This document shows positions 17,438 through 26,076 of a DNA stretch of 33,356 bases, one piece after another. The notes beneath the pieces are model-generated. The model was not told the DNA's origin. It did not search any database and saw only the letters and a program-made list of their open reading frames with translations. Location of the stretch: IMG/VR virus record IMGVR_UViG_3300031088_000775. One strand, 5' to 3'. Both the position numbers and the translations under genes were made by a program. Position 1 is the stretch's first letter. Each line of letters starts with the position of its first letter. This DNA comes from an uncultured virus (IMG/VR IMGVR_UViG_3300031088_000775) (Duplodnaviria; Heunggongvirae; Uroviricota; Caudoviricetes).

Positions 17438-19657
17438 ATGAATTTAAATAGCAAGCTAGCTAAGAGCACTTTAGTCGGCGTTTTTTCAATTGGTTTACTC
17501 GCTAGTCCTCTTCCAGCAAATGCTGCGAATCTCACTACTAATCTCGAAACTGCAATTGTTGCAGGGAATACTGGAGTTGCTCCTGTAGGTAATGCGGCGT
17601 CTGTTTCAGCAACTGATCTCGCTACACCACTCGCTAACAAGTCTTACCGTTTAACCTCATACTTTGGTGAACGTTGCACTACTTCAACTGGCGCTGGCTT
17701 CTGGCACAATGCTGTCGATCTAGCTGCTCCTGACGGAACGCCAATTTACTCTATTGCTGACGGAACTGTAGAAAGTTTCCAAAGCACTGCAAACGGACGC
17801 ACTGGTGTAATTACAGTGAACCATGGAACATATAAGGGAAAGAAGCTTATTGCATCCTACGCTCACATGTGGGAACCTTCAAAGTATGTGAAGGTTGGTC
17901 AGAAGGTGTCGAAGGGTCAGCAAATTTCTGAAGTTGGGTCTTCGGGGATTTCTAGCGGACCTCATATTCACTTCGTCATTAATCATGGTGGAGTTGAGAT
18001 TGATCCAATTCCTTTCATGCAGGCCGCTGGAGTTGATTTCACTAAAGAGGCTTCTTCAGTTCGCGCTAAGCCTGCAAAACCAACTACCTGCGACATGTAT
18101 ACTTGGGCTAACGTTGGGCTTAAGGAAAAGCCTGATAATCTCTCTAAAACTATTATGGTCATCAATCGCGGAGACATGGTCATTGGTTACACTGGTAAGT
18201 CAACTAACGGTTACTACAAAGTAAAGGATGTAAAGACTGGTAAAGTCGGTTATCTTTACTCTGAGACTCTTGGTGCTAATAAGCCTACTGCTCGAATTTT
18301 GAAAACTTCTTCGGGAATTGCAAAGAACGTTCGTTATACTGCGTCTGGAACTTGGCATATGAGAGACTACCCGTCAGTTGCTATTGGTATGGGCGGAATT
18401 CTAGATACTATCAAGCGTGGAGAGTTCTTCACGACTACTGGGCGCCAAGCTACTGGAAGTGGTTACACTTGGTATGAAGTGAAGTATGATGGTAAGACTG
18501 GTTGGGTCCCAAATCATGGAATTATCGAAGCACCTAATACTGTGACTGGTACTGGCTCTACTACTAAGAACGCTACCTACACTCCAAATGCTTCTACTAA
18601 TATCCGCAACTACCCTGAAACTTCTTCAAAGTTTTATACTACTTATGTAAATATTAAGAAGGGTGCTAAAGTAGTTACTACTGGCCGTACTAAGGGTTCT
18701 TACTACGAGGTTACTTATAACAAGAAAACTTACTGGGCTCACAAGAGCTACATTCATCGTGTAGCGGATACCCTGCCAAAGACAACCTCTTTGACTAAAA
18801 ATATTACTTACAAGGCTAAAGCTAATAACACGCAGGTTCGAAATTACCCTAGCAACAGTGAGGCTCAGGGCTGGTCTTTGAGGAAGATTGCTAAAAACTC
18901 TTCAGTAAAGACTACAGGCCGTAAGTATGGTTCGTGGATTGAGGTTACTTCAGGTTCGACTAAAGGCTGGGTTGAAACTGGGAAGATGACTCGTGTTGCT
19001 GCAAGCTTACCGAAGCTTTCAAATGTAAACAATAAGAATCAGACGTTCAAGGCTAAGGCTAATAACACTCAGATTCGCAACTACCCTAGCACTAACGAAA
19101 CCCAGGGTTGGAGCATTAAGACTGTAAATAAGAATTCTAAAATGACTACCACTGGAAAGAAGTATGGTTCGTGGTACCAGGTGAAGTCAGGTTCAACCAC
19201 TGGTTGGGTGCAGACTTCTAAGATTTCTCGAACTACAGCAAATTTTCCTAAGCTGAAGTCAACCACTAAAAACGCTACTTATAAAGCGAAATCTAACCAG
19301 GTTGTGATGAATTACCCAAGCGCTAGTACTGTGAGCGGTTGGAAGATTACTACAGTGAAGAAGAATGCTACTGTTAAGACTACAGGTCGAATCAACGGTT
19401 CATTCATCGAGGTGACTTCAGGTAAAACAAAAGGTTGGGTTAACAAAACTAATTTTACTCTAGTTAAAGGTAAGACTGAATCAGTTAAGAATTACAAGTT
19501 GAAGAAGAAACTAACTTTCACTGCTTCTCATACTGGCGGTAAAAAGACTACTATTGCTAAGAATAAGACTGTAAAAACTACAGGTTGGGCTTACGGTAGT
19601 AAAGTTGAAGTTACTTACAGTAAGAAGAAGTACTGGATTGCTAAGTCAAGTCTCTAA
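17438..19657 (+). CDS. Secreted M23-family peptidoglycan endopeptidase with ~7 SH3b-like cell-wall-binding repeats
   Basis: Signal peptide (...PLPANA); HNAVD (HxxxD), YAHM and GPHIHF (HxH) M23 motifs; repeats of the form NIRNYP...TTGR...WIEV...GWV. Confidence 0.9.
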   Translation: MNLNSKLAKSTLVGVFSIGLLASPLPANAANLTTNLETAIVAGNTGVAPVGNAASVSATDLATPLANKSYRLTSYFGERCTTSTGAGFWHNAVDLAAPDGTPIYSIADGTVESFQSTANGRTGVITVNHGTYKGKKLIASYAHMWEPSKYVKVGQKVSKGQQISEVGSSGISSGPHIHFVINHGGVEIDPIPFMQAAGVDFTKEASSVRAKPAKPTTCDMYTWANVGLKEKPDNLSKTIMVINRGDMVIGYTGKSTNGYYKVKDVKTGKVGYLYSETLGANKPTARILKTSSGIAKNVRYTASGTWHMRDYPSVAIGMGGILDTIKRGEFFTTTGRQATGSGYTWYEVKYDGKTGWVPNHGIIEAPNTVTGTGSTTKNATYTPNASTNIRNYPETSSKFYTTYVNIKKGAKVVTTGRTKGSYYEVTYNKKTYWAHKSYIHRVADTLPKTTSLTKNITYKAKANNTQVRNYPSNSEAQGWSLRKIAKNSSVKTTGRKYGSWIEVTSGSTKGWVETGKMTRVAASLPKLSNVNNKNQTFKAKANNTQIRNYPSTNETQGWSIKTVNKNSKMTTTGKKYGSWYQVKSGSTTGWVQTSKISRTTANFPKLKSTTKNATYKAKSNQVVMNYPSASTVSGWKITTVKKNATVKTTGRINGSFIEVTSGKTKGWVNKTNFTLVKGKTESVKNYKLKKKLTFTASHTGGKKTTIAKNKTVKTTGWAYGSKVEVTYSKKKYWIAKSSL

Positions 19658-19691
19658 TTCACTTTGAAAATCTTCATATAAGACATTGAGT

Positions 19692-19743
19692 TAATGACTC
19701 TTAAGGCGGGCAGCTTTTACGCTGCCCGCCTTAAGAGTCATTA
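19692..19743. terminator. 23-bp perfect inverted repeat, bidirectional terminator
   Basis: TAATGACTCTTAAGGCGGGCAGC-ttttac-GCTGCCCGCCTTAAGAGTCATTA between convergent genes. Confidence 0.8.
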
Positions 19744-19759
19744 TTTGTTTTTAAGAAGT

Positions 19760-19942
19760 TTAGAGCTCCTGGCTCACGCCATTCTGGACGTTAACGATGA
19801 ATGCAGCGCCAGGGAAATTCTTAGCACATGAAGGGCTAATTACCCAGGCGATCATATCCCCGTATGAAGTATAAAGGGCAAAGCCGTGGCGTTCAACTTG
19901 AGTGAGATCTTCTCTAACGTTTTCAAATTTTTTAGTAGTCAT
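19760..19942 (-). CDS. Small hypothetical protein, probably leaderless
   Basis: 60 aa; TTGCAC-N17-TATATT ends 6 nt before the ATG and there is no clear SD. Confidence 0.6.
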   Translation of the reverse strand: MTTKKFENVREDLTQVERHGFALYTSYGDMIAWVISPSCAKNFPGAAFIVNVQNGVSQEL

Positions 19943-20048
19943 ATTTCCAATATAACGCTTATTAGCCGATTGTGCAATATTTACTTTCGAAAAAGATTAT
20001 GCTATAGTTGTATTTGTAATTCAAACCCAAATAGCTAAAGGTAAAGCC

Positions 20049-20708
20049 TTGAAAAACTTCTTGAAATCTCGACTTGTTGCTAGTGCCGCTATTGTTGCTG
20101 TTTCGATTGCAGCCTTGACCGGTTGCGCAAACGTGGCCGAGATGTCGAGTCTTTCAACTTTGAGCTCACAGGCTACTGTTGACCAGATCAATCAGGCCGA
20201 AACAATTGAGTTGAAGAAGTCTGCTATTTCAATTGGTGACAACTGGACTGTCACTGCTGATGGTGAAAAGATTGCTGAAATTAAAGGTCAGGCCTTCTAT
20301 GTTGCTGGCGACACTTATGCTATGTATTCAAACAATGGCGACTTCCTCGGCGCTGAATCTGAGAACTTCAAGATTCTGAACAGCACTGCTGATTTCTACA
20401 ATCACAAGGGTGAAGTTTCGGGTAAGCTTTCGCAACAGATGCTAAATATGCTCCACACCTTTAACTTGAAGGATACTGAAGGTGAAACTGTTGCAACTTT
20501 GAAGCAGAATTTTGGCCTTAGTCTGAAAGGTGAAATCAAGGATGCTGAAGGAGTTGAATCTTGGGAGTTTTCGAAGAGCCTTGTTTCGATTGGCGCCTCT
20601 TTGAAGATCGAGAAGTTGGCTGAATCGGATGTCTCGGCAATGGATGCTATTTGGATGGTTACTGCCGTGAATGAAATTGATGAAGCTAGGGCTAGTAAGA
20701 AAAATTAA
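20049..20708 (+). CDS. Lipoprotein with LURP-one/scramblase/tubby-like beta-barrel pattern
   Basis: Lipobox ALTGC; repeated 'S(I)GD.(W/Y).(V/I).D..G..(I/V)A.I(K)' units; C-terminal helix DAIWMVTAVNEI. Confidence 0.7.
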   Translation: MKNFLKSRLVASAAIVAVSIAALTGCANVAEMSSLSTLSSQATVDQINQAETIELKKSAISIGDNWTVTADGEKIAEIKGQAFYVAGDTYAMYSNNGDFLGAESENFKILNSTADFYNHKGEVSGKLSQQMLNMLHTFNLKDTEGETVATLKQNFGLSLKGEIKDAEGVESWEFSKSLVSIGASLKIEKLAESDVSAMDAIWMVTAVNEIDEARASKKN

Positions 20709-20736
20709 TTTCTCGAAAAGCTGCTTGAGACTCGTA

Positions 20737-20915
20737 TTTTTACTGTTTTAGAATTCGAGTAAAAACTGCGCTACTAAGACCACCTAGTTAGACCCGAGGC
20801 TATCACGGCAAACTAGGTGGTCTTTTACTGTTTCTATACAGTTTTGACAGTAAATGCTGTCTACTGTATGGTTATACCCTAAGAGCTAAAATCGACTCTA
20901 TAGACCGCTTAGGCT
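20737..20915. repeat. Dispersed ~180-bp multi-hairpin element, copy C (inverted)
   Basis: Reverse complement of copies A/B, about 30 nt after the stop of 20049..20708. Confidence 0.95.
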
Positions 20916-21078
20916 AGACCCTAAGTTACGCGAATTAATTGCTGAGACTTTACTGCTTTTCGTTAAATAGAGTCTTTATGAAGACTTAGAGTCTCTAAAG
21001 CCTCATCAAATTCTTGGTAAAATATTAACTGTTACTATTCTATCGGAAAATAAAAATCTAGAGTAAAGGAATAATACT

Positions 21079-21423
21079 ATGAGTGATGTTGAGTCATATA
21101 CTGGCATTTTAAAGCCTGTGAATCTTAAAGGGAAGACTTTTGAGCAGTATGCTGAGTCAAAGTGCTTAAAATTAGGGGTGGAAGATATGCGCGATTGCTA
21201 CGACTCCTGGGTTGAGACTCTGACTGTCGAAGCTAATAAGAAATACTATTGGAGTCGAGAAAATGAGATACTTTATAAAGTTAAGTTGACTGTCATTGAT
21301 AATGAAGGCTTTATCGAGATGTCTGAAGGCAAAAACGGTAGCCTCAAATTCATCACTTCATTCTATAATGGTGGGACGAATCTTTCTGAAATGCTTGATG
21401 AAGGTATAGAGTCTATCTTATAG
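21079..21423 (+). CDS. Phage-type hypothetical protein
   Basis: 114 aa with AAGGA RBS; FYNGGTNLSEMLDE motif. Confidence 0.7.
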   Translation: MSDVESYTGILKPVNLKGKTFEQYAESKCLKLGVEDMRDCYDSWVETLTVEANKKYYWSRENEILYKVKLTVIDNEGFIEMSEGKNGSLKFITSFYNGGTNLSEMLDEGIESIL

Positions 21424-21549
21424 AAGTTTCTTTGTACTTTACTAGAGAATCTTACATGTTACTATTGATGTGACAGTAAGTTTAATGTCTAATACGTAGA
21501 TTTTCAATACCCTTATTTTAAGGATACGTTTTGCAATTAAGGAGTAGTT

Positions 21550-22299
21550 TTGCTTAATTTTTTGAAGTACTTTAGGAAGTCGCCAGAGCAGTTAGTCAAT
21601 ATGCTCGATACTCCAGAATTACGCAGCAAGTATCTTGACTATAAATTCCCAATGAAAAACTTAGGTTCTAAGGGGATTGAAGATCATATCAAGCTTAGAT
21701 TTAATAGTTCTGAATCTTTAGATCTCTATTACAAGACTATTTCTGATGATGGGATATTCAAAGGCCTCGTAAATCTAGATAATAATTATGAGAATGTGTT
21801 AAGAATGACTAGAATCTCCTCAGAAAATGAGAAAGTATGGTTTGCTATTTATGACGCGCTAACTTATCTCAATCCTGATCCTGTAATCTTCAGTAAAGAG
21901 TATGAGGATAAGTTTGGTAGCATAAGGAATAATATTATGTCGGGGCGTTTAACTCAATATGATTGGCGTCTACCTGGAAATTCCTGGGTTATGCTGTACC
22001 ATCTAATTACGTCAGGAGACCGCAGTAAAGCGGCTAGTTCTACTAGTTCTATTTTAGACCACTATATGGCTAATGATTTCAGTATTCTAATTGAAATTTG
22101 GCGAGGTTCAGTCCCTTATCGGATTCAGGCTCGCATTACCGAGCTTTTTAAAGATTTTCCAGAAGAATTAGAAATTTGGAGTTTATGGCAGTTAACGAAA
22201 GATTCTTTAGAGTTCGAAAAAGATTCTAGCAAGGGTGTAGATATTTTTGATGATAGTCTACCTAAATCTTGGATTTTACATCAATCAATCGGGAGCTAG
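21550..22299 (+). CDS. Unknown protein, 'PxxW' paralog family member 6
   Basis: ISDDGIFKGL (cf. LSDDGIFKDL in 11359..12066) and IWRGSVPYRIQARITELF...DSLPKSW; AAGGAG RBS. Confidence 0.75.
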   Translation: MLNFLKYFRKSPEQLVNMLDTPELRSKYLDYKFPMKNLGSKGIEDHIKLRFNSSESLDLYYKTISDDGIFKGLVNLDNNYENVLRMTRISSENEKVWFAIYDALTYLNPDPVIFSKEYEDKFGSIRNNIMSGRLTQYDWRLPGNSWVMLYHLITSGDRSKAASSTSSILDHYMANDFSILIEIWRGSVPYRIQARITELFKDFPEELEIWSLWQLTKDSLEFEKDSSKGVDIFDDSLPKSWILHQSIGS

Positions 22300-22365
22300 A
22301 GTCCGCAATTAGTTCTTGAAGAAATATTTAGCTTATCAAGTTCATAGACAAGCTCTAAATCATTA

Positions 22366-22546
22366 TTTTACTGTTTTGGAAAACGAGTAGAAACTGCGCT
22401 ACTAAGACCACCTAGTTAGACCCGAGGCTATCACGGCTAACTAGGTGGTCTTTTCATGTTTCTATGCAGTTTAGACGGAAAATGCTGTCTACTGTATGAC
22501 TATACCCTAAGAGGGGAAATGCCGTCTATAGACTGCTTAGGCTACT
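22366..22546. repeat. Dispersed ~180-bp multi-hairpin element, copy D (inverted)
   Basis: Reverse complement of copies A/B; the main stem is extended to 16 bp by a substitution. Confidence 0.95.
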
Positions 22547-22659
22547 GTTTTAAAAAAATAAAAAACTAAAAAAGAAATGCTCAATTGAACTTTAAATCTT
22601 TTAATTCAATCCTCTCTGATAATCATTCTAAAGGAACCACACAAAATAAAGGAACCATC

Positions 22660-23130
22660 ATGACGGAATCAAATAAACCCGAACCAAAGACTAATCTTCC
22701 TTCAGGTAAGAGTGTAGCCTGGGCTTCAGCGGCATTTGTGGCTATATTCTTTGGGGCTATAACGTTCGCTATGAATAGTGACAGTCTTGTTAAGTCTGAA
22801 AAACCTGATGAACGTCAAGTTATTGTTGAGCATAAGAAAAATGACAGGAGTGACCGTGGCGTAAAACATGAAGATCGCAAGATGAATCGAAAGAATCTTG
22901 AAGTAGAATCTCATGATCGCGATAAGTCTGACCGTAAACTTGAAGGTGATCGCCGATACTTTAAGAAGCATTCAAAAGAATATGGCCCTAAGACTGAGCA
23001 AGACTATAATTCACCTGAAGGTGTCGATTTAACAGCTGAAGAGTCGGCTAACGATGACGCGATAAAAGACAATACAGAGGTAAGCTCAAAGCCTTCAGCA
23101 CAGGTTGAGCCTGTTGACCCTAATCAGTAA
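22660..23130 (+). CDS. Membrane-anchored protein with charged, low-complexity tail
   Basis: ATG at 22660 after AAGGA; one TM segment (VAWASAAFVAIFFGAITFAM); D/R/K/H-rich tail. Confidence 0.7.
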   Translation: MTESNKPEPKTNLPSGKSVAWASAAFVAIFFGAITFAMNSDSLVKSEKPDERQVIVEHKKNDRSDRGVKHEDRKMNRKNLEVESHDRDKSDRKLEGDRRYFKKHSKEYGPKTEQDYNSPEGVDLTAEESANDDAIKDNTEVSSKPSAQVEPVDPNQ

Positions 23131-23231
23131 GTAGATTTAGCTCTATCAGTCGTTTTATCGAACTTATTGCATCTTAATTCAGTCTTTTTTAGTGACTGTT
23201 AGACTGAAAGTTAGAGTTATATAGATAATCT

Positions 23232-23278
23232 TCTTTAGGCGAGATACCTCCGAACATTTGAGGTATCTCGCCTAAAGA
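23232..23278. terminator. 19-bp perfect inverted repeat between convergent genes
   Basis: TCTTTAGGCGAGATACCTC / GAGGTATCTCGCCTAAAGA. Confidence 0.75.
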
Positions 23279-23316
23279 GTAATAAAAGAGTTTAGTCTTT
23301 CAGAAAAATTTCAGAA

Positions 23317-24645
23317 TTACTCACTATCAGAATTGAAGTTTACAGAAGGGAAGTGGATCCCCTCTCCAAAGAGCTTCTCTTCGCGAGTAGTGTTATTGAC
23401 ATAGCCATTCTTTTCAGCCCAATCTCGGAAGCTTGGGATAGATTCAGAGATAATAGCAATCCAATCACGGCGTTCAACAGTTGCTTCAAGGACTTCATCG
23501 CTTTCAAGTTCTCCCTTTTGAGCAGACTTGATGAAGAATGCGAGAGCATCAGCAGCTTGCTTTCGGTCATCGGGCGCGAATTCTGCAAAGAAGCTTTCTT
23601 TAGAGTTTCCGTGGCGTGGAGACCCACCAGTTCCGTCCCAGTTAGTAGTACCAGAGATAATGATACTGTCACTGTTTCGATGTTCGAAGACTCCAAAAGT
23701 CCGCGCGTCACCGTTAGGTTGAATAACAGTGTAAGCGAAACCATCTTCACGGCAATTTGGAGCAAAGCTTACAGAAACATTTTCAATATTCATGCGTTCA
23801 AAAGCTTCACGAAGTTCATTGTCTGGGAAGACAGTCATGAGGTAAAGCGGGCGACTGAAATTGCTATCCTCCTTGTTAGAGATTGCCGCAATTAGCTTGT
23901 TCTCGTCACGCGCAGGATAGAATACAGAAGAATTACTTACAAGTTCATGATTGTAGACTTCACCTGCAGCGATACGATTCAGAGTGTCTTCAAGAAAGTC
24001 TTCGACATTTTCAGTAAAGAAGTAGTTCTTTCGCTTTTCATCATATCCTAGCATATTCATGTCATGAAGTGCTTCAAGTCGCGCCTTGTCAAGACCAATG
24101 AGACTAGTATTCTTAGCTCTCTCAGGAGCATTCTTCATTGGAACGTAAAGACCTGCAATAGCATATTCGATAATGTCTTCAGCAAGACTCTTAATGCATT
24201 GGTCTCGACGTTCGAAGTTATTGCTTGAGTTGAATCTCAGAGCGTAAGGGTCCACGCCGTTCATACTGTCGAGAAGCCGCTTAGCTTCAGCGATCTTTTC
24301 ATTGTCAGCCTCAGCGATAATTTCCTGGATTTCAGAAAGGATAGATAGATCCTCTTTTTCGTTATCCTTCCAGAAGGCTTCAGTCTGAATTCTCTTCATC
24401 AAGAATTTTGGGACATCCGTGTTCTGATCAGAAGATTCGATTTTCTTAAAGATTTCTTCGGAAAGGCTCACTGGATCAATAGCAATACGAGTTGCCTTGA
24501 GATCGCGCCAAGCAATTGCTTCTTCTCGAGAATCGAAGTGTTCAGTGCGAATGTCTCCACGCTTGCATGACCACTGAGCACGGCAGATTCCAGTGTTACC
24601 CTTTTCAGTGATGTGGTAGCGTGGCGCGTCATTTACAGTAGTCAT
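23317..24645 (-). CDS. Hypothetical protein with N-terminal H/C-x5-C/HFDS module
   Basis: 442 aa; YHITEKGNTGICRAQWSCKRGDIRTEHFDSREEA; promoter motif upstream. Confidence 0.8.
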   Translation of the reverse strand: MTTVNDAPRYHITEKGNTGICRAQWSCKRGDIRTEHFDSREEAIAWRDLKATRIAIDPVSLSEEIFKKIESSDQNTDVPKFLMKRIQTEAFWKDNEKEDLSILSEIQEIIAEADNEKIAEAKRLLDSMNGVDPYALRFNSSNNFERRDQCIKSLAEDIIEYAIAGLYVPMKNAPERAKNTSLIGLDKARLEALHDMNMLGYDEKRKNYFFTENVEDFLEDTLNRIAAGEVYNHELVSNSSVFYPARDENKLIAAISNKEDSNFSRPLYLMTVFPDNELREAFERMNIENVSVSFAPNCREDGFAYTVIQPNGDARTFGVFEHRNSDSIIISGTTNWDGTGGSPRHGNSKESFFAEFAPDDRKQAADALAFFIKSAQKGELESDEVLEATVERRDWIAIISESIPSFRDWAEKNGYVNNTTREEKLFGEGIHFPSVNFNSDSE

Positions 24646-24674
24646 GGTTACCTTTCAAAAGTTCTTAAAGCGTG

Positions 24675-24689
24675 CAATAACAACTATAC
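24675..24689 (-). promoter_or_regulatory. Conserved promoter motif GTATAGTTGTTATTG
   Basis: Exact motif 30 nt upstream of 24645. Confidence 0.7.
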
Positions 24690-24757
24690 AATACTCTTGA
24701 AGGGTGCACAACCCATAATTGAGTCATGCGCCCTTCAGTAAATCTTGATTAATGCCT

Positions 24758-25039
24758 TTAAAAAGCCTTTACCTCTTCAAGAGCTTCATCGAAGTTCATA
24801 GCATTTAGTGGCCGCTTCCGATCAACTCCGACAGTGCACCATCCTACTGAGTGAGCCTTTTGATGCGAAGCGCAGTAAACGAATTTAGCGCCGAATACAG
24901 TATCATCCTCGCTATCAGCATCAATCCCAAGTCGCTCTAGATTTTCAGCATTCTTGCGAGCCTTATCAATATAACTAGCGTCTACTTCAAAATTCTTAAA
25001 GTCTTCGTCAAAGTTAGGGTTAGATTCTGCGTAAGTCAT
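24758..25039 (-). CDS. Hypothetical protein with putative metal-binding C-x2-H-x3-H-x4-C motif
   Basis: FVYCASHQKAHSVGWCTV; AAGGA RBS. Confidence 0.7.
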   Translation of the reverse strand: MTYAESNPNFDEDFKNFEVDASYIDKARKNAENLERLGIDADSEDDTVFGAKFVYCASHQKAHSVGWCTVGVDRKRPLNAMNFDEALEEVKAF

Positions 25040-25075
25040 GGGTTTAGTTCCTTTAATTGATTTTAGAAGTTTTAG

Positions 25076-25387
25076 TTAGATGCTTGGGTCGCGGTAAAAG
25101 CTACGAGAACCAAGGTAGAATACCGACCAGTGCACCATGTCCTGACCCTTCTGATACCAGCGACCATTGCTTCGAAGGCTTACCTCAATTTCAGACGAGT
25201 CAGGGTTTGGGGTGATTTCGTACACGGCAGTTCCGTCAAGTTCGGACCCTGAGACAACCTTGACTTGATCTCGCTTGAGCCAGATGCGCTTACCACTTGG
25301 TGAGATTCGAGTGATAGTGTAGGAGTATTCGTCTGAACCGAGGCGGTGAGTGGCGCCCATGCCGATTGCTGGAATTACAGTACTCAT
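25076..25387 (-). CDS. Small beta-rich hypothetical protein, paralog of 25644..25958
   Basis: VIPAIGMGAT...KVVSGS..DG.AVYEITP...EV.LR.NG.WY.KG...Y.DP. Confidence 0.8.
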   Translation of the reverse strand: MSTVIPAIGMGATHRLGSDEYSYTITRISPSGKRIWLKRDQVKVVSGSELDGTAVYEITPNPDSSEIEVSLRSNGRWYQKGQDMVHWSVFYLGSRSFYRDPSI

Positions 25388-25420
25388 GACGTATCCTTTG
25401 TCTAAATTTTTAAAACCTTA

Positions 25421-25456
25421 CGAAAACAACTATATATGAATCTTATTGATTGTCAA
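25421..25456 (-). promoter_or_regulatory. Promoter TTGACA-N16-TATAGT-TGTT
   Basis: Variant of the conserved motif upstream of 25387. Confidence 0.7.
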
Positions 25457-25567
25457 TATTGAATTTGCACTAGAAAATATCCTTTCAAAGAAGTTGAAAC
25501 TTAGGAGTATAGATATAGTCTTTATCTTATATATAGCATATTGCTAGAAACTTCTTTAATTTGATTA

Positions 25568-25600
25568 TTGACGATTCTGAAGTCTCGTGTATAGTTGTAT
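25568..25600 (+). promoter_or_regulatory. Promoter TTGACG-N16-TATAGT-TGT
   Basis: Variant of the conserved motif; overlaps the track's GTG start at 25587, which is therefore unlikely. Confidence 0.7.
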
Positions 25601-25643
25601 ATGTACGAACCACGAAAACAAAACTTTCAAGGAGTTAAACATC

Positions 25644-25958
25644 ATGGCTAACGCAAACGCTGTAATCCCAGCAATTGGTATGGGTGCAACCGGTTACTCT
25701 GGTACTGACCGTCGACCATTCACTGTCTCGCGAATCACTAGCCCTCGAAGCGTTTGGTTGCGAGCTGATAATTATAAGGTTGTTTCCGGCTCTGCTCAGG
25801 ACGGCTCCGCCGTATATGAGATTACTCCTGACGAAAATTCTCCAGAGTTCGAAGTCACTCTTCGTAAGAATGGTGGGTGGTATCCTAAGGGTGTCTCTAT
25901 GGGTTACGGTGGCTACTCGGTTGGTACTCGTGACGCTTACATGGACCCTCACTTCTAA
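25644..25958 (+). CDS. Small beta-rich hypothetical protein, paralog of 25076..25387
   Basis: ATG at 25644 after AAGGAG; MANANAVIPAIGMGATG... Confidence 0.8.
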   Translation: MANANAVIPAIGMGATGYSGTDRRPFTVSRITSPRSVWLRADNYKVVSGSAQDGSAVYEITPDENSPEFEVTLRKNGGWYPKGVSMGYGGYSVGTRDAYMDPHF

Positions 25959-25981
25959 AAACTTCTTGAAATAATTACTCT

Positions 25982-26012
25982 AGCGAGGTGCTTTAATCAG
26001 TACCTCGCTTTT
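25982..26012 (+). terminator. Intrinsic terminator
   Basis: AGCGAGGTGCT/AGTACCTCGCT followed by TTT. Confidence 0.65.
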
Positions 26013-26076
26013 AGAGTGTCTAGACTCTAATTGCTTGAATTTTGAAATTCTAAAATATTCATGTATAGTTGATTGT

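Noticed and set aside
8403..22546. Repeat element as a CRISPR array or integron attC sites
   Set aside because: Copies are dispersed kilobases apart in both orientations with no spacer periodicity or cas genes. The ends lack the RYYYAAC/GTTRRRY cores (GCCTAAG, not GCCTAAC) and no integrase is present.
22629..22657. Short direct repeats TAAAGGAACCA x2 (and CTTACTAAAA x2 near 10023)
   Set aside because: Two-copy 10-11-mers in AT-rich DNA are best explained by slippage or a duplicated RBS.
23340..23895. Overlapping ORFs 23340..23765(-), 23353..23895(+) and 23528..23722(+)
   Set aside because: They lie wholly within or antisense to the 442-aa gene, which has an RBS and promoter, and they show no motifs.
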